This document shows, piece by piece, positions 9,284-19,851 of a stretch of 64,000 nucleotides of DNA. The stretch is from a candidate division WOR-3 bacterium (lineage in GTDB: Bacteria > Hydrothermota > Hydrothermia > LBFQ01), in the NCBI GenBank assembly GCA_027050205.1, contig JALUCS010000104.1, forward strand, positions 19,711 to 83,710. The letters run 5' to 3'. A program made the translations under genes and the position numbers. The notes beneath the pieces were generated by a model, which did no database searches, was not told where the DNA came from, and saw only the letters and a list, made by a program, of their open reading frames with translations. How positions within the stretch are numbered: the first letter of the stretch is position 1; every line of letters begins with the position of its first letter.

Positions 9284-10707
9284 GCGGAGTCGCCATAGGC
9301 CTCATAACTTACGTCGTCGTTATGCTCCTCATTGGCCTATACACCTACCGCTTCATGCACACCATAGACGACTTCCTCCTCGGTGGGCGTAAGCTGGGGG
9401 CGCTGGTGATAGCCTTCTCGGAGAGGGCGTCCGGCGAGAGCGCCTGGTTCCTCCTCGGTCTTCCGGGCTTCGCGTACGCTATGGGTATGTCCGTCTTCTG
9501 GACGGTCGTTGGCGTCGCCCTCGGCATATTCGTAAGCTGGACGGTGATCGCCAAGAGGTTGAGATGGGAGACGGAGAAGTACGGCGCCCTGACCATCCCC
9601 GACTACCTTGAGGCCCGCTTTGAGGACCGAAGCCGCCTCATAAGGGTCTTCAGCACCGCCATAATCCTCCTCTTCTACCTCTTCTACCTCGGCGCCCAGA
9701 TAATCGGGGCCGGAAAGGTCCTGAACGCCACCTTCGGCATGGACCCCGTCCTCGGAATGGTAATAGGGGCGGGGGTGGTGGCCTTATACACGATGGCCGG
9801 GGGCTTCACGGCCGTGGCCCTTACCGACCTCGTACAGGGCATAATAATGCTCTTCGCCGCCGTCTTCCTCCCCATCCTCGGCATAATGGCCATCGGTGGT
9901 GTGGGGGAGACGTTTGCCAAGTTGAAGGAGATGGACCCCAACTTCCTTAGTGTCCTCGGCGGGAAGGCTGGCAGGGACCTCCTTGTAGGGACGATATTGG
10001 GGGGTATGGGGGTGGGCCTCGGTTATATGGGGCAGCCCCACCTCCTCACGCGGTATATGGCCATAAGGAGTACGCAGGAGGTGCGTAAAGGGGTCCTGAT
10101 AGCCATGCTCTGGGTCCTCCTCGCCTACTGGGGCGCCCCCTTCATCGGTATAGTGGGTAAGGCCTACTTCGGCCCGGAGCTGGCCGACGCCGAAAAGGTG
10201 ATGCCCATGCTCGCTACGGCCGTTCTCCCTCCGGTCGTGGCCGGCTTCGTGATAGCCGGGGCCATAGCCGCCATGATGTCCACGGCCGACTCCCAGCTCC
10301 TCGTGGTCACGTCCGCCGTCGTTGAGGACATATACCGGAAACTCCTCAACAGGGAACTTTCCCAGGAGAAACTCGTCGCCTTCTCCCGGTGGACGACCCT
10401 CGCCGTTACGGCCTTCGCCCTCATCCTCGCCCTCTTCGCCAAGAACCTGATATACTGGCTCGTCCTCTACGCCTGGTCTGGCCTCGGTGCCAGCTTCGGT
10501 CCCCCTATCCTCCTCGCCCTCCTCTGGAAGGGTACGAACCGCTGGGGGGCGCTGGCGGGCATGCTCACCGGCACCATCACCACCGTCCTGTGGTACAACG
10601 TCCCCGCCCTCAAGGGGACGGTCTACGAGCTCATACCCGCCTTCACCTTCAGCCTCGTAGCGACGTACGTCGTGAGCCTCCTAACACGTAAAAGTGGGCG
10701 CCCTTAG
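9280..10707 (+). CDS. putP: Sodium:proline symporter (SSS family)
   Basis: DFLLGGR, SGESAW.LLGLPG, GYMGQPHLLTRYMA, AAMMSTADSQLL, YAWSGLGASFGP. Confidence 0.9.
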   Translation: MSGVAIGLITYVVVMLLIGLYTYRFMHTIDDFLLGGRKLGALVIAFSERASGESAWFLLGLPGFAYAMGMSVFWTVVGVALGIFVSWTVIAKRLRWETEKYGALTIPDYLEARFEDRSRLIRVFSTAIILLFYLFYLGAQIIGAGKVLNATFGMDPVLGMVIGAGVVALYTMAGGFTAVALTDLVQGIIMLFAAVFLPILGIMAIGGVGETFAKLKEMDPNFLSVLGGKAGRDLLVGTILGGMGVGLGYMGQPHLLTRYMAIRSTQEVRKGVLIAMLWVLLAYWGAPFIGIVGKAYFGPELADAEKVMPMLATAVLPPVVAGFVIAGAIAAMMSTADSQLLVVTSAVVEDIYRKLLNRELSQEKLVAFSRWTTLAVTAFALILALFAKNLIYWLVLYAWSGLGASFGPPILLALLWKGTNRWGALAGMLTGTITTVLWYNVPALKGTVYELIPAFTFSLVATYVVSLLTRKSGRP

Positions 10708-11752
10708 CCTCTACCTCCACTCCTCCGGCTTCCTCTCCGTAGCGGCGGATACCCTCTTCTTCCACGTTGAGCCGGCCTACTTCTTCGGGAGATCCGGTCG
10801 GAGGGTGAAGCCCTTCTACTCCGATAAACTCCGCCTTGACTTCCGGAGCCTCTACGTACGGGGGGGTGCGGGTGCCATAACCTTTCGGGTGGGGCGGCTC
10901 CTCCCTTCGGATACGGGGAACCTCCTCCTGGACGCCCTGTCCGTCGGGTACGACGCCCTCTCCCTATCTTGGGCGGGGGAGGGTTGGGAGTACAGCACCA
11001 CCTTTATGAAGCTCGCCGCCTGGACCTCCGACGGGGAATACTACTTCAACCCCGACGCCGTCTCCATAGTCAAAGGCCAGCGGATAGACAGGTACGCCGT
11101 CCTCCGCACTTTCAGGTACGGTCGCTTCTCCTTCTCCGAGGCCACCGTCCTATCCACCCTCTCCGGCCGCTTTCCGGACATTCGGGCCTTTAACCCCCTC
11201 CTCCCCGGATACCTCTACCAGTGGTTCTACGCCAGGGAGGTGAATATCCTGTGGGCGGTCTCCTACGACTTCGGGGGGGACGTCCTTAGGCTGGTGATAG
11301 ACGACTTCCCCTACCTCCCCTCGTGGTTCTCCATAGTGCCGCCCACCGTGGGGGTAAGGCTCTCCGGGAGGCACGGCCCCGTCTCCTACGACCTCCTATG
11401 GGTCTCCGCCTTCACCTACGCCAACAGGAGGCCATGGGACGCCCTCTACGAGGCCCCCTACTTCGGTGGGGACTACGCGGGCGCCTCCGTCAGTCTCTCT
11501 CCCACCTCCGGGAGGATTCGGCCCCTACTTGAGGTCGGGGTGTGGGGCAGGGGCAGGTACAACGGCACCTTCAAGGAACCGGAGATAGGGGAGTACCCCC
11601 CCTTCGCCTTCCTCCACTCCCCCGTAAGGTACGACGCCTACCTCTCCGTTGGCCTCCGGTACGGCAACCTTGAGGTTCAGGTGGGGTACGGCGGGAAACC
11701 CAACACCCTCACCTACCGCAGGCTCTTCCTCTACTTCTCCTCCCTACGGTAA
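10694..11752 (+). CDS. Outer-membrane beta-barrel, possibly capsule-assembly Wzi-like
   Basis: Amphipathic aromatic strands; FSEA...FNPL...NIL...LVIDD pattern reminiscent of Wzi-family proteins. Confidence 0.5.
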   Translation: MGALSLYLHSSGFLSVAADTLFFHVEPAYFFGRSGRRVKPFYSDKLRLDFRSLYVRGGAGAITFRVGRLLPSDTGNLLLDALSVGYDALSLSWAGEGWEYSTTFMKLAAWTSDGEYYFNPDAVSIVKGQRIDRYAVLRTFRYGRFSFSEATVLSTLSGRFPDIRAFNPLLPGYLYQWFYAREVNILWAVSYDFGGDVLRLVIDDFPYLPSWFSIVPPTVGVRLSGRHGPVSYDLLWVSAFTYANRRPWDALYEAPYFGGDYAGASVSLSPTSGRIRPLLEVGVWGRGRYNGTFKEPEIGEYPPFAFLHSPVRYDAYLSVGLRYGNLEVQVGYGGKPNTLTYRRLFLYFSSLR

Positions 11753-11797
11753 ATCCTTACCTTCAAGGTCAGAATTCGCCCTTAGAATACCCTCGCT

Positions 11798-12166
11798 ATG
11801 TCCGACAAGGAGAGGGAAGAGCTTCAGAAACTTGAGGAGATGCGTAAGAGGAACCTGACCAAGGAGGCCGTCGTTGGGGTTTTGAGGGACATATACGACC
11901 CAGAGATACCGGTCAATATCTGGGACCTCGGCCTTGTCTACGCCCTTGAGATAGACCCGGAGAAGAAGAGCATATACATCCTGATGACGGTGACGGCTCC
12001 GGGGTGTCCGGTCGCCGAACCTCTCCGTATGATGGTGGAGGACCGTTTGAGGGCCTTGGGATTTGAGGACGTCAAGGTGGAACTGACCTTTGATCCACCT
12101 TGGTCCATAGATAGGATGACGGAGGAGGGTAAGGAGATCCTTCGGGCGATGGGGTATCCGATATAG
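11798..12166 (+). CDS. DUF59/SufT/PaaD-like Fe-S cluster assembly protein
   Basis: IYDPEIPVNIWDLGLVY, MTVTAPGCP, FDPPW; TAGAAT 11783-11788. Confidence 0.92.
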   Translation: MSDKEREELQKLEEMRKRNLTKEAVVGVLRDIYDPEIPVNIWDLGLVYALEIDPEKKSIYILMTVTAPGCPVAEPLRMMVEDRLRALGFEDVKVELTFDPPWSIDRMTEEGKEILRAMGYPI

Positions 12167-13228
12167 AGCCTCCCCGAAGACGGGTGGGAACTATGGACCT
12201 TTCCGAGGGTTTGGGTGCTTTGAGCGGTGGAAGGGAGGGGTGAGGTATCACTTTTGGAAAAAATTTTCACATTACTAGTCTCAATCCCGTAAATTATGGA
12301 AATTTTTGACTGACACCGCAGTATATGGCGAAGGCCACCCGTAATGCAGCAACCTCGCAGATTCAACTGCGACTTTGATCGGTGGATTTCTGTCAAAGGC
12401 CTACGTTAGGCAACGGACGGATGGTCCTGAATTCGGATTGCGCCCCGTTGTTTATGCCTTCCAAAATTCGTTAATAGGGATTGCAAAAATTTTTAGATTT
12501 GATTGAAAATTCTTTGAAGTACGATTTTTGGTTTTTGACAAGGACAGACAAATTCTCGCATCCTTTCGCAAGTTCCCGTTTATACGGCAGCTCTCGGCGT
12601 TGGTAGAATCCTTCCCAAGTCCCAACTTCCGTGGGCGCGTTTGTGAATCTTAATCTGCTAATTTATGTATAATTTCAACAATATTATCATAAATACAACC
12701 GAATACGACGAAAATTTTAAGGGATGTTGCACTATTTCAGACTCACGGCGAGTGAAATTAGGCGTAATATTGGGGCGGAATCTTCACCGGTTATGGGTGT
12801 CCTCCTTGGGTATTTTAGGGGGAGTAAAATTTCGTAATGCGGATTTAAGAATCTTAAAGCATAACTTACGATTTATTGAAGTACAGGTTTCAGTTTTTTG
12901 AAGTTCAAATTTTATCTTTTGAAACTTGGGTTCTAACGGATCGCTATCGGTATAACCACCAAATTTTCCGTTAATTTGTGCAAAATATCAATTATCTCTT
13001 CGCAAAAATTATGGAATTATGGGGGAACGGAAATATACCTCTCCGAACTTACGGAGGTATAACCGGGGGTAAATCCTTGCTATATACGGGCCTTAGCCTT
13101 GGATCGTCCTAACTTCGGGCGATGGAGATACCACTCTCCTTTACGGGACGAAACCTTACCCCAACAAACGGGGTGTCCAAAATCCAACGTCCTTGGGGAC
13201 GCCTCCCCACCCGGATAGGCCTGCGATA
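12167..13228. repeat. AT-rich non-coding island B between convergent genes; repeats at 12494-12570 and 12835-12926
   Basis: No credible CDS; 37/41-nt match to island C; shared modules. Confidence 0.75.
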
Positions 13229-15586
13229 CTACTCCGTTATAACGACATCCACCACCCTGTCGTCTTTGGCCAGCTTTATGAGTTTCACGCCTCGCGCTTC
13301 CCTACCGTACTTGGGTATATCGTGGAGCTTTATGCGGTTTATCAAACCCTTAGCCGTCAGAATTATGGCCTCGCTCTCGTTCCCCGGATAGCGGAAGAGG
13401 GTTAGGAGGGTCCCGGTGGTCAGACGTACCCCCACCTTCTTACCCCTGTTCAGGACGGGTACCTCGTTGGCCTCCATCCTCTTGGCGTACCCCTTCTCGG
13501 TTATGACTATCACCTCGTCCCCCTCGTCTATCGGTATGGCCACGAGAGGCTCACCCCTTAGGGCGTAGACGCCAAGGCTCTGGCGCCTGAAGACGGGTAC
13601 GTCCTCCACCTTCATACGGTACCCCTTCCCCTCCTTTGAGGCCACTAAGATGTACCTCTCGTTGAGCCTTGGAAAGACGCTGACCACCCCCTCCTTGGAT
13701 ATGGACGTCCCCTTCCTTCCCCTTAGGACCTCGGAGAACTTGACCCGCTTTATGCGGCCGCTACCCGTGAGGACGACCAACTCGTACCTCTCCGGATCCT
13801 TGGGGATGGGGAAGGCCCAGACCACCTTCTCGTCCCGCTCGTAGTTCTTGAAGATGTTGCGGATGGACCTGCCGCGGGCCGCCGCCGACGTCTCCGGTAT
13901 CTCGTAGGCCTTGGTCCAATAGACCGACCCCCTGTCCGTTATTACGATTATGTCGTCGTGGGTGGAGCATTTGACTATGGCGGCGGGGGAATCGTCCTCG
14001 TAGAACTTTATGGCCGACTTACCTTGGGTGCGGCGGTTCATAGCCCGGAAGGACCTCAAGGGTAGCCTCTTGGCGTATCCGCCCTTGGTGAAGACGACGA
14101 CGACGTCCTCCTCCTTTATGAGGGCCTCAATGTCAAAGTCCCCCACCTCCTGCTTCAGGACCACAGTACGGCGGCCGTCCCCGTACTTCTCCTTCACCTC
14201 AAGTAGCTCCCTCTTCATCAGGTTGAGGAGGACGCTCCTATCTCCGAGGATGGAGCGGTAGCGGGCTATCTTCTCCTCAAGCTCCGCCTTCTCCTCCTTC
14301 AGGCTCTCCATCTGGAGCCTCGTCAGGGAGGATAGCCGCATATCAAGGATGCTCTGGGCCTGGAGGGGGGTAAAGCCCATGGCCATCAACCCCTCCTTGG
14401 CGACATTAGGGTTCTCCGCCTCCCGGATGGTCTTTATGACCCTGTCCATAACGTCTATGGCCTTGAGGAGACCGTCCACTATCTCCAACCGATGGGAGGC
14501 CTTGGCCAGCCTGTACTCCGTCCGCCTCCGTATCACCTCCTCCCTATGCTTCAGGTAGATCAGGAGGGCTTCCTTGAGTGAGAGGAGCCGAGGCTGGACC
14601 CCGACGAGGGCGAGCATGTTTATGGCGTACGTCCTCTGGAGATTGGAGTACTTGAGGAGCTGGTTCTCCACCACCTTAGGGTCCGCTCCCCTCTTCAACT
14701 CAATTACGACCCTTATACCCTCCTTGTCGCTCTCGTCCCTTAGGTCGCTTATACCCTCAACCTTCCCCGCCTTAACCAGCTCGGCTATCTGCCTTATCAG
14801 GTCCGCCTTCTTAACCTCGTAGGGTATCTCGGTTATCACTATACGGTGGTTCTCAACCCTGTACTTCCCCCGGATGGTTATCTTACCCTGGCCGGTCAGG
14901 TAGGCCTTCTTGAGGCCCTCGTACCCCAGGACGTAGCCACCGGTGGGGAAGTCCGGACCCTTTACGATGTCCAGAAGGGCCTCGTCGGGGAGGTCGGGGT
15001 TGTCTATGAGGGCGACGGCGGCGTCTATGACCTCCCGGAGGTTGTGGGGGGGGATGTTGGTGGCCATACCTACGGCTATGCCCGTGGTGCCGTTGGCGAG
15101 GAGGTGGGGGAAGCGGGAGGCCATTATGACCGGCTCCTGATACTGGCCGTCAAAGTTGGGTACGAAGTCCACCGTGTCCTCGTCTATCTCCCCTATCACC
15201 TCAAGGGCTATGGGCTTCAGGCGGGCCTCCGTATAACGGTAGGCGGAGGGGGGGTCGCCGTCTATGGAGCCGAAGTTCCCCTGACCGTCTATGAGGGGGT
15301 AGCGGAGGGAGAAGTCCTGGGCCATCCTTACGAGGGCGTCGTAGACGGCCTGATCCCCGTGGGGGTGGTACTTACCTATGACCTCACCGACGACTGTAGC
15401 CGACTTACGGAAGGGTCGGTTGGGGAGGAGGTTTAACCTCTTCATAGCGTAGAGGATGCGCCTCTGTACGGGCTTCAGGCCGTCGCGGGCGTCGGGTATC
15501 GCCCTACCTACGATAACGCTGACGGCGTAGTCAAGGTAGCTCTCCTTAAGCTCTTTTTCAAGCGGAACCTCAAAAACTTTGCCCAT
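13229..15586 (-). CDS. gyrA: Type IIA topoisomerase A subunit (GyrA/ParC family) with degenerate GyrA box
   Basis: [30 protein letters not shown] (catalytic Tyr), [14 protein letters not shown], beta-pinwheel CTD. Confidence 0.9.
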   Translation of the reverse strand: MGKVFEVPLEKELKESYLDYAVSVIVGRAIPDARDGLKPVQRRILYAMKRLNLLPNRPFRKSATVVGEVIGKYHPHGDQAVYDALVRMAQDFSLRYPLIDGQGNFGSIDGDPPSAYRYTEARLKPIALEVIGEIDEDTVDFVPNFDGQYQEPVIMASRFPHLLANGTTGIAVGMATNIPPHNLREVIDAAVALIDNPDLPDEALLDIVKGPDFPTGGYVLGYEGLKKAYLTGQGKITIRGKYRVENHRIVITEIPYEVKKADLIRQIAELVKAGKVEGISDLRDESDKEGIRVVIELKRGADPKVVENQLLKYSNLQRTYAINMLALVGVQPRLLSLKEALLIYLKHREEVIRRRTEYRLAKASHRLEIVDGLLKAIDVMDRVIKTIREAENPNVAKEGLMAMGFTPLQAQSILDMRLSSLTRLQMESLKEEKAELEEKIARYRSILGDRSVLLNLMKRELLEVKEKYGDGRRTVVLKQEVGDFDIEALIKEEDVVVVFTKGGYAKRLPLRSFRAMNRRTQGKSAIKFYEDDSPAAIVKCSTHDDIIVITDRGSVYWTKAYEIPETSAAARGRSIRNIFKNYERDEKVVWAFPIPKDPERYELVVLTGSGRIKRVKFSEVLRGRKGTSISKEGVVSVFPRLNERYILVASKEGKGYRMKVEDVPVFRRQSLGVYALRGEPLVAIPIDEGDEVIVITEKGYAKRMEANEVPVLNRGKKVGVRLTTGTLLTLFRYPGNESEAIILTAKGLINRIKLHDIPKYGREARGVKLIKLAKDDRVVDVVITE

Positions 15587-16787
15587 TTGAGGGGGCTATT
15601 ATACTGGTGAATCGGCATAGATACAACCGTAGGGGCCTTACGTCCAAACCAAACAGAGGCCAATACGTCGGAGAGTGTAAGTGAAACAAAAGTGTGGATA
15701 AGACCGTTGGGAAACTTTGGAGGTGGAAACAATGACACTTTTCAATTCGGGCGTTGAGTATTCGGTTGATGGAATGGCCTCCGGCCTAATGGCCCAGTAA
15801 TTTTAAAATTTTGCAATTACGACTTACGATTTATTGAAGTGTAGGTTTTAATTTTTTGAAGTCTGACTTACGATTTTTGAGGGGAACGGGGTATTCGGCG
15901 GATGGGGGAATGCGTCCTCCGGGAACTTGGATTGCCGATGACCGTCAATTCCCTGAAAGTGGGCCGTGGGGGACATTGAGCCGATATAGGGATACCTATT
16001 CACCGTCCCGCATAGGTTGTGGTTCTATAGGGCTTCCGAACTTTGGTGGGACAAGAAAGGGGACAAGATATAAAAGTTCTTCACAAAAATGGTTAGAATA
16101 TGTAGTCGTGTTATTAAATCTTCAGAAATTCTGTGTTAAATTCCGATAAATTCCGATCGTCTGATGAGGCTATAAAACAATGACCATCCTATCAGCAGAA
16201 TCCCGGATTTCCACGACCCCCTAAGGATCAACGGATGAGTTCGGATGGAGCGGCATCCTATCGGCGTAATATCCAAAATTGAAATGCGACTATCAGTTTA
16301 TTGAAGTGCGATTGCGGGTTTCCTAAAGCCTGACCTACATTTTTGAAAGGACGGCGAGCCTCCCACCCTGGTCTGATGCAACCGCAAACCCCGTTAAGGC
16401 TGGGGATTTCGGCGTTGTTAGGGTTCCTTGTTTGCGGAATTTTTAATATAAATTTGTGCAAAATTTCTGTTATTATTTCAAAAAATGTCGGAATTATGGG
16501 GAACACTGACATACATCCCACAACGCCATATCGGGCCTGATGGGAAATAGGTACCTCCGTTTGGATCGTTTTTCTGAAGTCGGACTTACGGTTCGTTGTT
16601 TCGGGCTAGGGATGGGATGTTGTCCCATCGGTGGAATGTCCGTATGACGAAGAAGACGGCCGATTTTATGGATACGATGATTAGAGAGTTCTGGCCTGTG
16701 TCCTACCGTATTAAGGTAGTTGGAGAATATGCGGGTAGCGATTCTCCGAATCTCCCGTCCCTACCCCTCCACCAGTAGAATACCCCC
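15587..16787. repeat. AT-rich non-coding island C; repeats at 15814-15880, 16281-16370 and 16576-16597
   Basis: No credible CDS; shares modules with islands A, B and E. Confidence 0.75.
16776..16781 (+). promoter_or_regulatory. -10 box (TAGAAT) of leaderless wecB transcript
   Basis: 6 nt before the TTG start, no Shine-Dalgarno; representative of a window-wide pattern. Confidence 0.7.
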
Positions 16788-17873
16788 TTGAGGATAGTAC
16801 TCGTAGCCGGAGCCAGACCTAACTTCGTGAAGTTATCCCCCCTCTTCTACGCCTTAAGGGAGGCGGGGGAGCAACCTATCGTTGTCCATACCGGCCAGCA
16901 CTACGATTACGAGCTTTCACAGGCCTTCTTTGAGGACTTCGCCCTTCCGGAACCGGACTTCTACTTCGGCGTAGGCTCCGATACCAACCTGAAGCAGATA
17001 TCCAAGATAATAGCGAAGGCGGAGGACGTCCTGAAGGAACTTTCGCCGACCGTAGTTGTGGTCTTCGGGGACGTGAACTCCACCCTCGCCCTCGCTGTGG
17101 CCAGTAAGCACCTCCTGATTCCCCTCGCTCACGTTGAGGCGGGTCTGCGGAGTAGGGACTGGAGCATGCCGGAGGAGATAAACCGCATAACGACCGACGC
17201 CCTTTCGGACCTCCTCTTCTCCCCATCCTACGACGCTACGGAGAACCTCCTGAAGGAGGGGAAAGACCCCGCCAAGGTTTTCACCGTCGGCAACATAATG
17301 ATAGACAGCCTGGTACGTATCCGACCGGTGGCCGAAAGGTTGGAGTACTGGCGGGAGTTGGGTTTAGAGAGGGGGAGGTACGTACTGGCGACTCTCCATC
17401 GTCCGGTCAACGTGGACGACCCGAAGCGGCTTAGGAGGATAATAGACGCCCTCAACTCTCTCCATCGCAGGTATCCGGTCGTCTTCCCCGTCCACCCCAG
17501 AACGCGCAAGAACATGGAGAGGTGGGGCATAGAGGCCGAATTTCTGGCCCTGAAACCCCTCCGCTACACCCACTTCCTTTCCCTGATGATGGGGAGCGGC
17601 CTCGTCATAACCGACTCCGGGGGCGTACAGGAGGAGACGAGTTTCCTCGGAATCCCCTGCATAACCCTTAGGCCGAATACGGAGAGGCCAATAACCATCA
17701 CTTTGGGGACGAACGAGCTGGTGAAGGAGCCGGAGGACCTCTTTGAGGCCGCAGAGAGGAAGTTCGGTCGTTTTAAGAAAACGGAGATACCCCTGTGGGA
17801 CGGCAGGACGGCCCAAAGGATAACGAGGGTCCTGTTAAGGGAATTTACCAAAGACGGTGGTGCGACCGTATAA
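16788..17873 (+). CDS. wecB: UDP-N-acetylglucosamine 2-epimerase (non-hydrolysing)
   Basis: GARPNFVK, HTGQHYD, GDVNS, HVEAGLRS, PEEINR, TDSGGVQEE, TERP. Confidence 0.95.
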   Translation: MRIVLVAGARPNFVKLSPLFYALREAGEQPIVVHTGQHYDYELSQAFFEDFALPEPDFYFGVGSDTNLKQISKIIAKAEDVLKELSPTVVVVFGDVNSTLALAVASKHLLIPLAHVEAGLRSRDWSMPEEINRITTDALSDLLFSPSYDATENLLKEGKDPAKVFTVGNIMIDSLVRIRPVAERLEYWRELGLERGRYVLATLHRPVNVDDPKRLRRIIDALNSLHRRYPVVFPVHPRTRKNMERWGIEAEFLALKPLRYTHFLSLMMGSGLVITDSGGVQEETSFLGIPCITLRPNTERPITITLGTNELVKEPEDLFEAAERKFGRFKKTEIPLWDGRTAQRITRVLLREFTKDGGATV

Positions 17874-17886
17874 TACCCAATAGAAA

Positions 17887-18405
17887 ATGGCCCCTCTCTT
17901 AGCCCTTCACCTTAGCCCGGCAACTTATCTCCCCCGCTGGACATGGCTGGAGGAGACGCACCAGTTCGGTTTAGAGGGGGGCGTAAGGCGGGGGGCGTTC
18001 GCCATAGCCGTCGCCTACGGGGGTATGTACCTCCGGGAGAACGCAACGGCACCGGAGGAGGCCCTCACCACTTCCTCCTACTACCGCCTCTACAACCTCA
18101 CCCTCTACCGGGAATTCGGGGACCTCTCCCCCTTCCTCTCCTTGAGCCTCGCCAAACCGGTGATTATGGGGGTAAGGGATAGGGAGGTAGATGGATTCAA
18201 CTCCTCCCTGCGGGGGGTGTCCCCCGGCCTTAGGGCGGGCGTGTCCTACGTCTGGAGGTACCGCATACTCTCTATTGCCCCGACCGTAGGTATGGCCTAC
18301 TACCCGTCCCTATCGGTCTATAGGGAGGTGGATGGGGCCATAAGTCCGAAGGGTGAGGTTAGGGTCCTCCGGGCGATGGCCTACATTAAGTTTGGCCCTG
18401 GGTAG
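17887..18405 (+). CDS. Small outer-membrane beta-barrel-like protein
   Basis: Alternating hydrophobic/aromatic strands, C-terminal YIKFG. Confidence 0.55.
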   Translation: MAPLLALHLSPATYLPRWTWLEETHQFGLEGGVRRGAFAIAVAYGGMYLRENATAPEEALTTSSYYRLYNLTLYREFGDLSPFLSLSLAKPVIMGVRDREVDGFNSSLRGVSPGLRAGVSYVWRYRILSIAPTVGMAYYPSLSVYREVDGAISPKGEVRVLRAMAYIKFGPG

Positions 18406-18448
18406 GTGAGACTATGACGTGGGCAATATTTTTGAAAGGAGGTGAAGC

Positions 18449-18892
18449 ATGCTCGTAGGGGCCTCCGTTTTCCTGCCCTTTTTGGCCTCCTATCCGAAGT
18501 ATGGGGAGGTGAAGACCTTCCACGATGAGACGCCGGAGATAAGCCTGTATCTGGGGTTCAGCCCCCACACGATGGTGGCCGGATGGAGGAGGATGGGGAG
18601 GTTAAACAGGTCCCTTTACGTCCTCAAGTACGTACGCTACACCGGGAACTTAGGCGTAGGAGGAGGGCTGGTGGCGGAGACCAACCTTAACTTCTTCGGT
18701 TTTGATGCCACCCTGTCCTACAGGGGAAGGACCTCCTTTTTGCAGGTCTCACCGAGGTTGAGCCTTACCTACTTCCCCACCGTCAAGTACCCCGGATACG
18801 TAAAGCCCGTGGACCGCATCGTCGGGAACTTCCTCACCCTCACCTTCGGCGTCGGCCTGGGGATAGCAGCCAAGGTGGAGGTGGCAAGATGA
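18449..18892 (+). CDS. Small outer-membrane beta-barrel-like protein
   Basis: SD AGGAGG upstream; beta-strand pattern ending LTFGVGLGI. Confidence 0.55.
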   Translation: MLVGASVFLPFLASYPKYGEVKTFHDETPEISLYLGFSPHTMVAGWRRMGRLNRSLYVLKYVRYTGNLGVGGGLVAETNLNFFGFDATLSYRGRTSFLQVSPRLSLTYFPTVKYPGYVKPVDRIVGNFLTLTFGVGLGIAAKVEVAR

Positions 18893-19851
18893 TAGTGGGC
18901 CTCGGACTTCACCTGAACCCGTTTGTGGGCTACGGAAAAGGCGTCCTTGAGAGGACACCCTACTACGTGAGCAGTGCGGACGTGTCCCTGTACGGGGAAT
19001 GGGGGACCTTAACCCTCCGGTACGGCCGCTTCCTTGAGGGGCCGTCCCCCACGGCGGAGGCCTGCTTCTCCACCGGTATAAGGTACCTATCCGCCTCGTA
19101 CGGTAGGGAGATGGGGAGGCTGCTCCCCTTCGTCGGCCTCATATACGGGCAGACGACCATGGAATGCACCCCCGAAGCCCTCTCCTCTATGTCCTACTAC
19201 GGCCAAGGTACCATAGACGCCTTCAACGGGAACGAGGGCAGGACCTCCATCTTCGGCGGAGGTCTGGGGGCGGTTTTGAGGTTGGGAGACCTCGGCCCCC
19301 TCTCCTTCTCCCTCGTGGGGCGCGTGGCCTACTATCCGAAGGTGCCGGTCTACCGGATGGACCTCTACGAGGCCGAAGACGGTTTGAGGGGGACGATAAG
19401 GCACCACGAGGACAGGACGAACGTCGTAAAGACCTCCCTGTCCCTGCGGGCATCGGAGACCTTCAGGGTGGAAGGCTCCCGTCCTTCCGGGGTAAGAATG
19501 AGGCTCTTTGCGGGGGGAATGCTCTCCCCCTACGACCGGTTCAGGGGAGGGTACTTCGGCGTTGATATGGGGAGGATCACCCTTGTGAGCGTATTCGGGA
19601 CGGCGAGACTACCCGGATACACCCTCGTAGGTGAGACCTACGCCCTCTACGACCTCCGCTGGTTCTCCGCCGGCGTGGGCATAGGGAAGTGGGGCGACGA
19701 CGGTACCTCCCTCTCCCTCGTTGGGAGGAAGGTCTTGAGATGGAGGTTTCTTGAGGTGGGGGCAATAGGGGGCCTCAGGTATCCACCCGGCAGCCGCAGG
19801 GTAGAGCCGGTGTTGGAGGTGGGAGTGGGCTTCGGAATAGGAGGGGATTAA
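18889..19851 (+). CDS. Outer-membrane beta-barrel-like protein, possibly two-domain
   Basis: N-half resembles 17887..18405 (LHL.P, PF..L, VAYYP...VYR); ends GVGFGIG. Confidence 0.55.
   Translation: MIVGLGLHLNPFVGYGKGVLERTPYYVSSADVSLYGEWGTLTLRYGRFLEGPSPTAEACFSTGIRYLSASYGREMGRLLPFVGLIYGQTTMECTPEALSSMSYYGQGTIDAFNGNEGRTSIFGGGLGAVLRLGDLGPLSFSLVGRVAYYPKVPVYRMDLYEAEDGLRGTIRHHEDRTNVVKTSLSLRASETFRVEGSRPSGVRMRLFAGGMLSPYDRFRGGYFGVDMGRITLVSVFGTARLPGYTLVGETYALYDLRWFSAGVGIGKWGDDGTSLSLVGRKVLRWRFLEVGAIGGLRYPPGSRRVEPVLEVGVGFGIGGD

Noticed and set aside
12167..13228. Islands as tmRNA, RNase P, SRP, rRNA or intact IS elements
   Set aside because: No signature sequences, terminal inverted repeats or transposase frames were recognised, and AT-richness is unlike structured RNA in a thermophile; an Rfam/ISfinder search was not run.
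15814..15880. Island repeats as a CRISPR array
   Set aside because: Units are contiguous and degenerate with no unique 30-40 bp spacers, and no cas genes are present.
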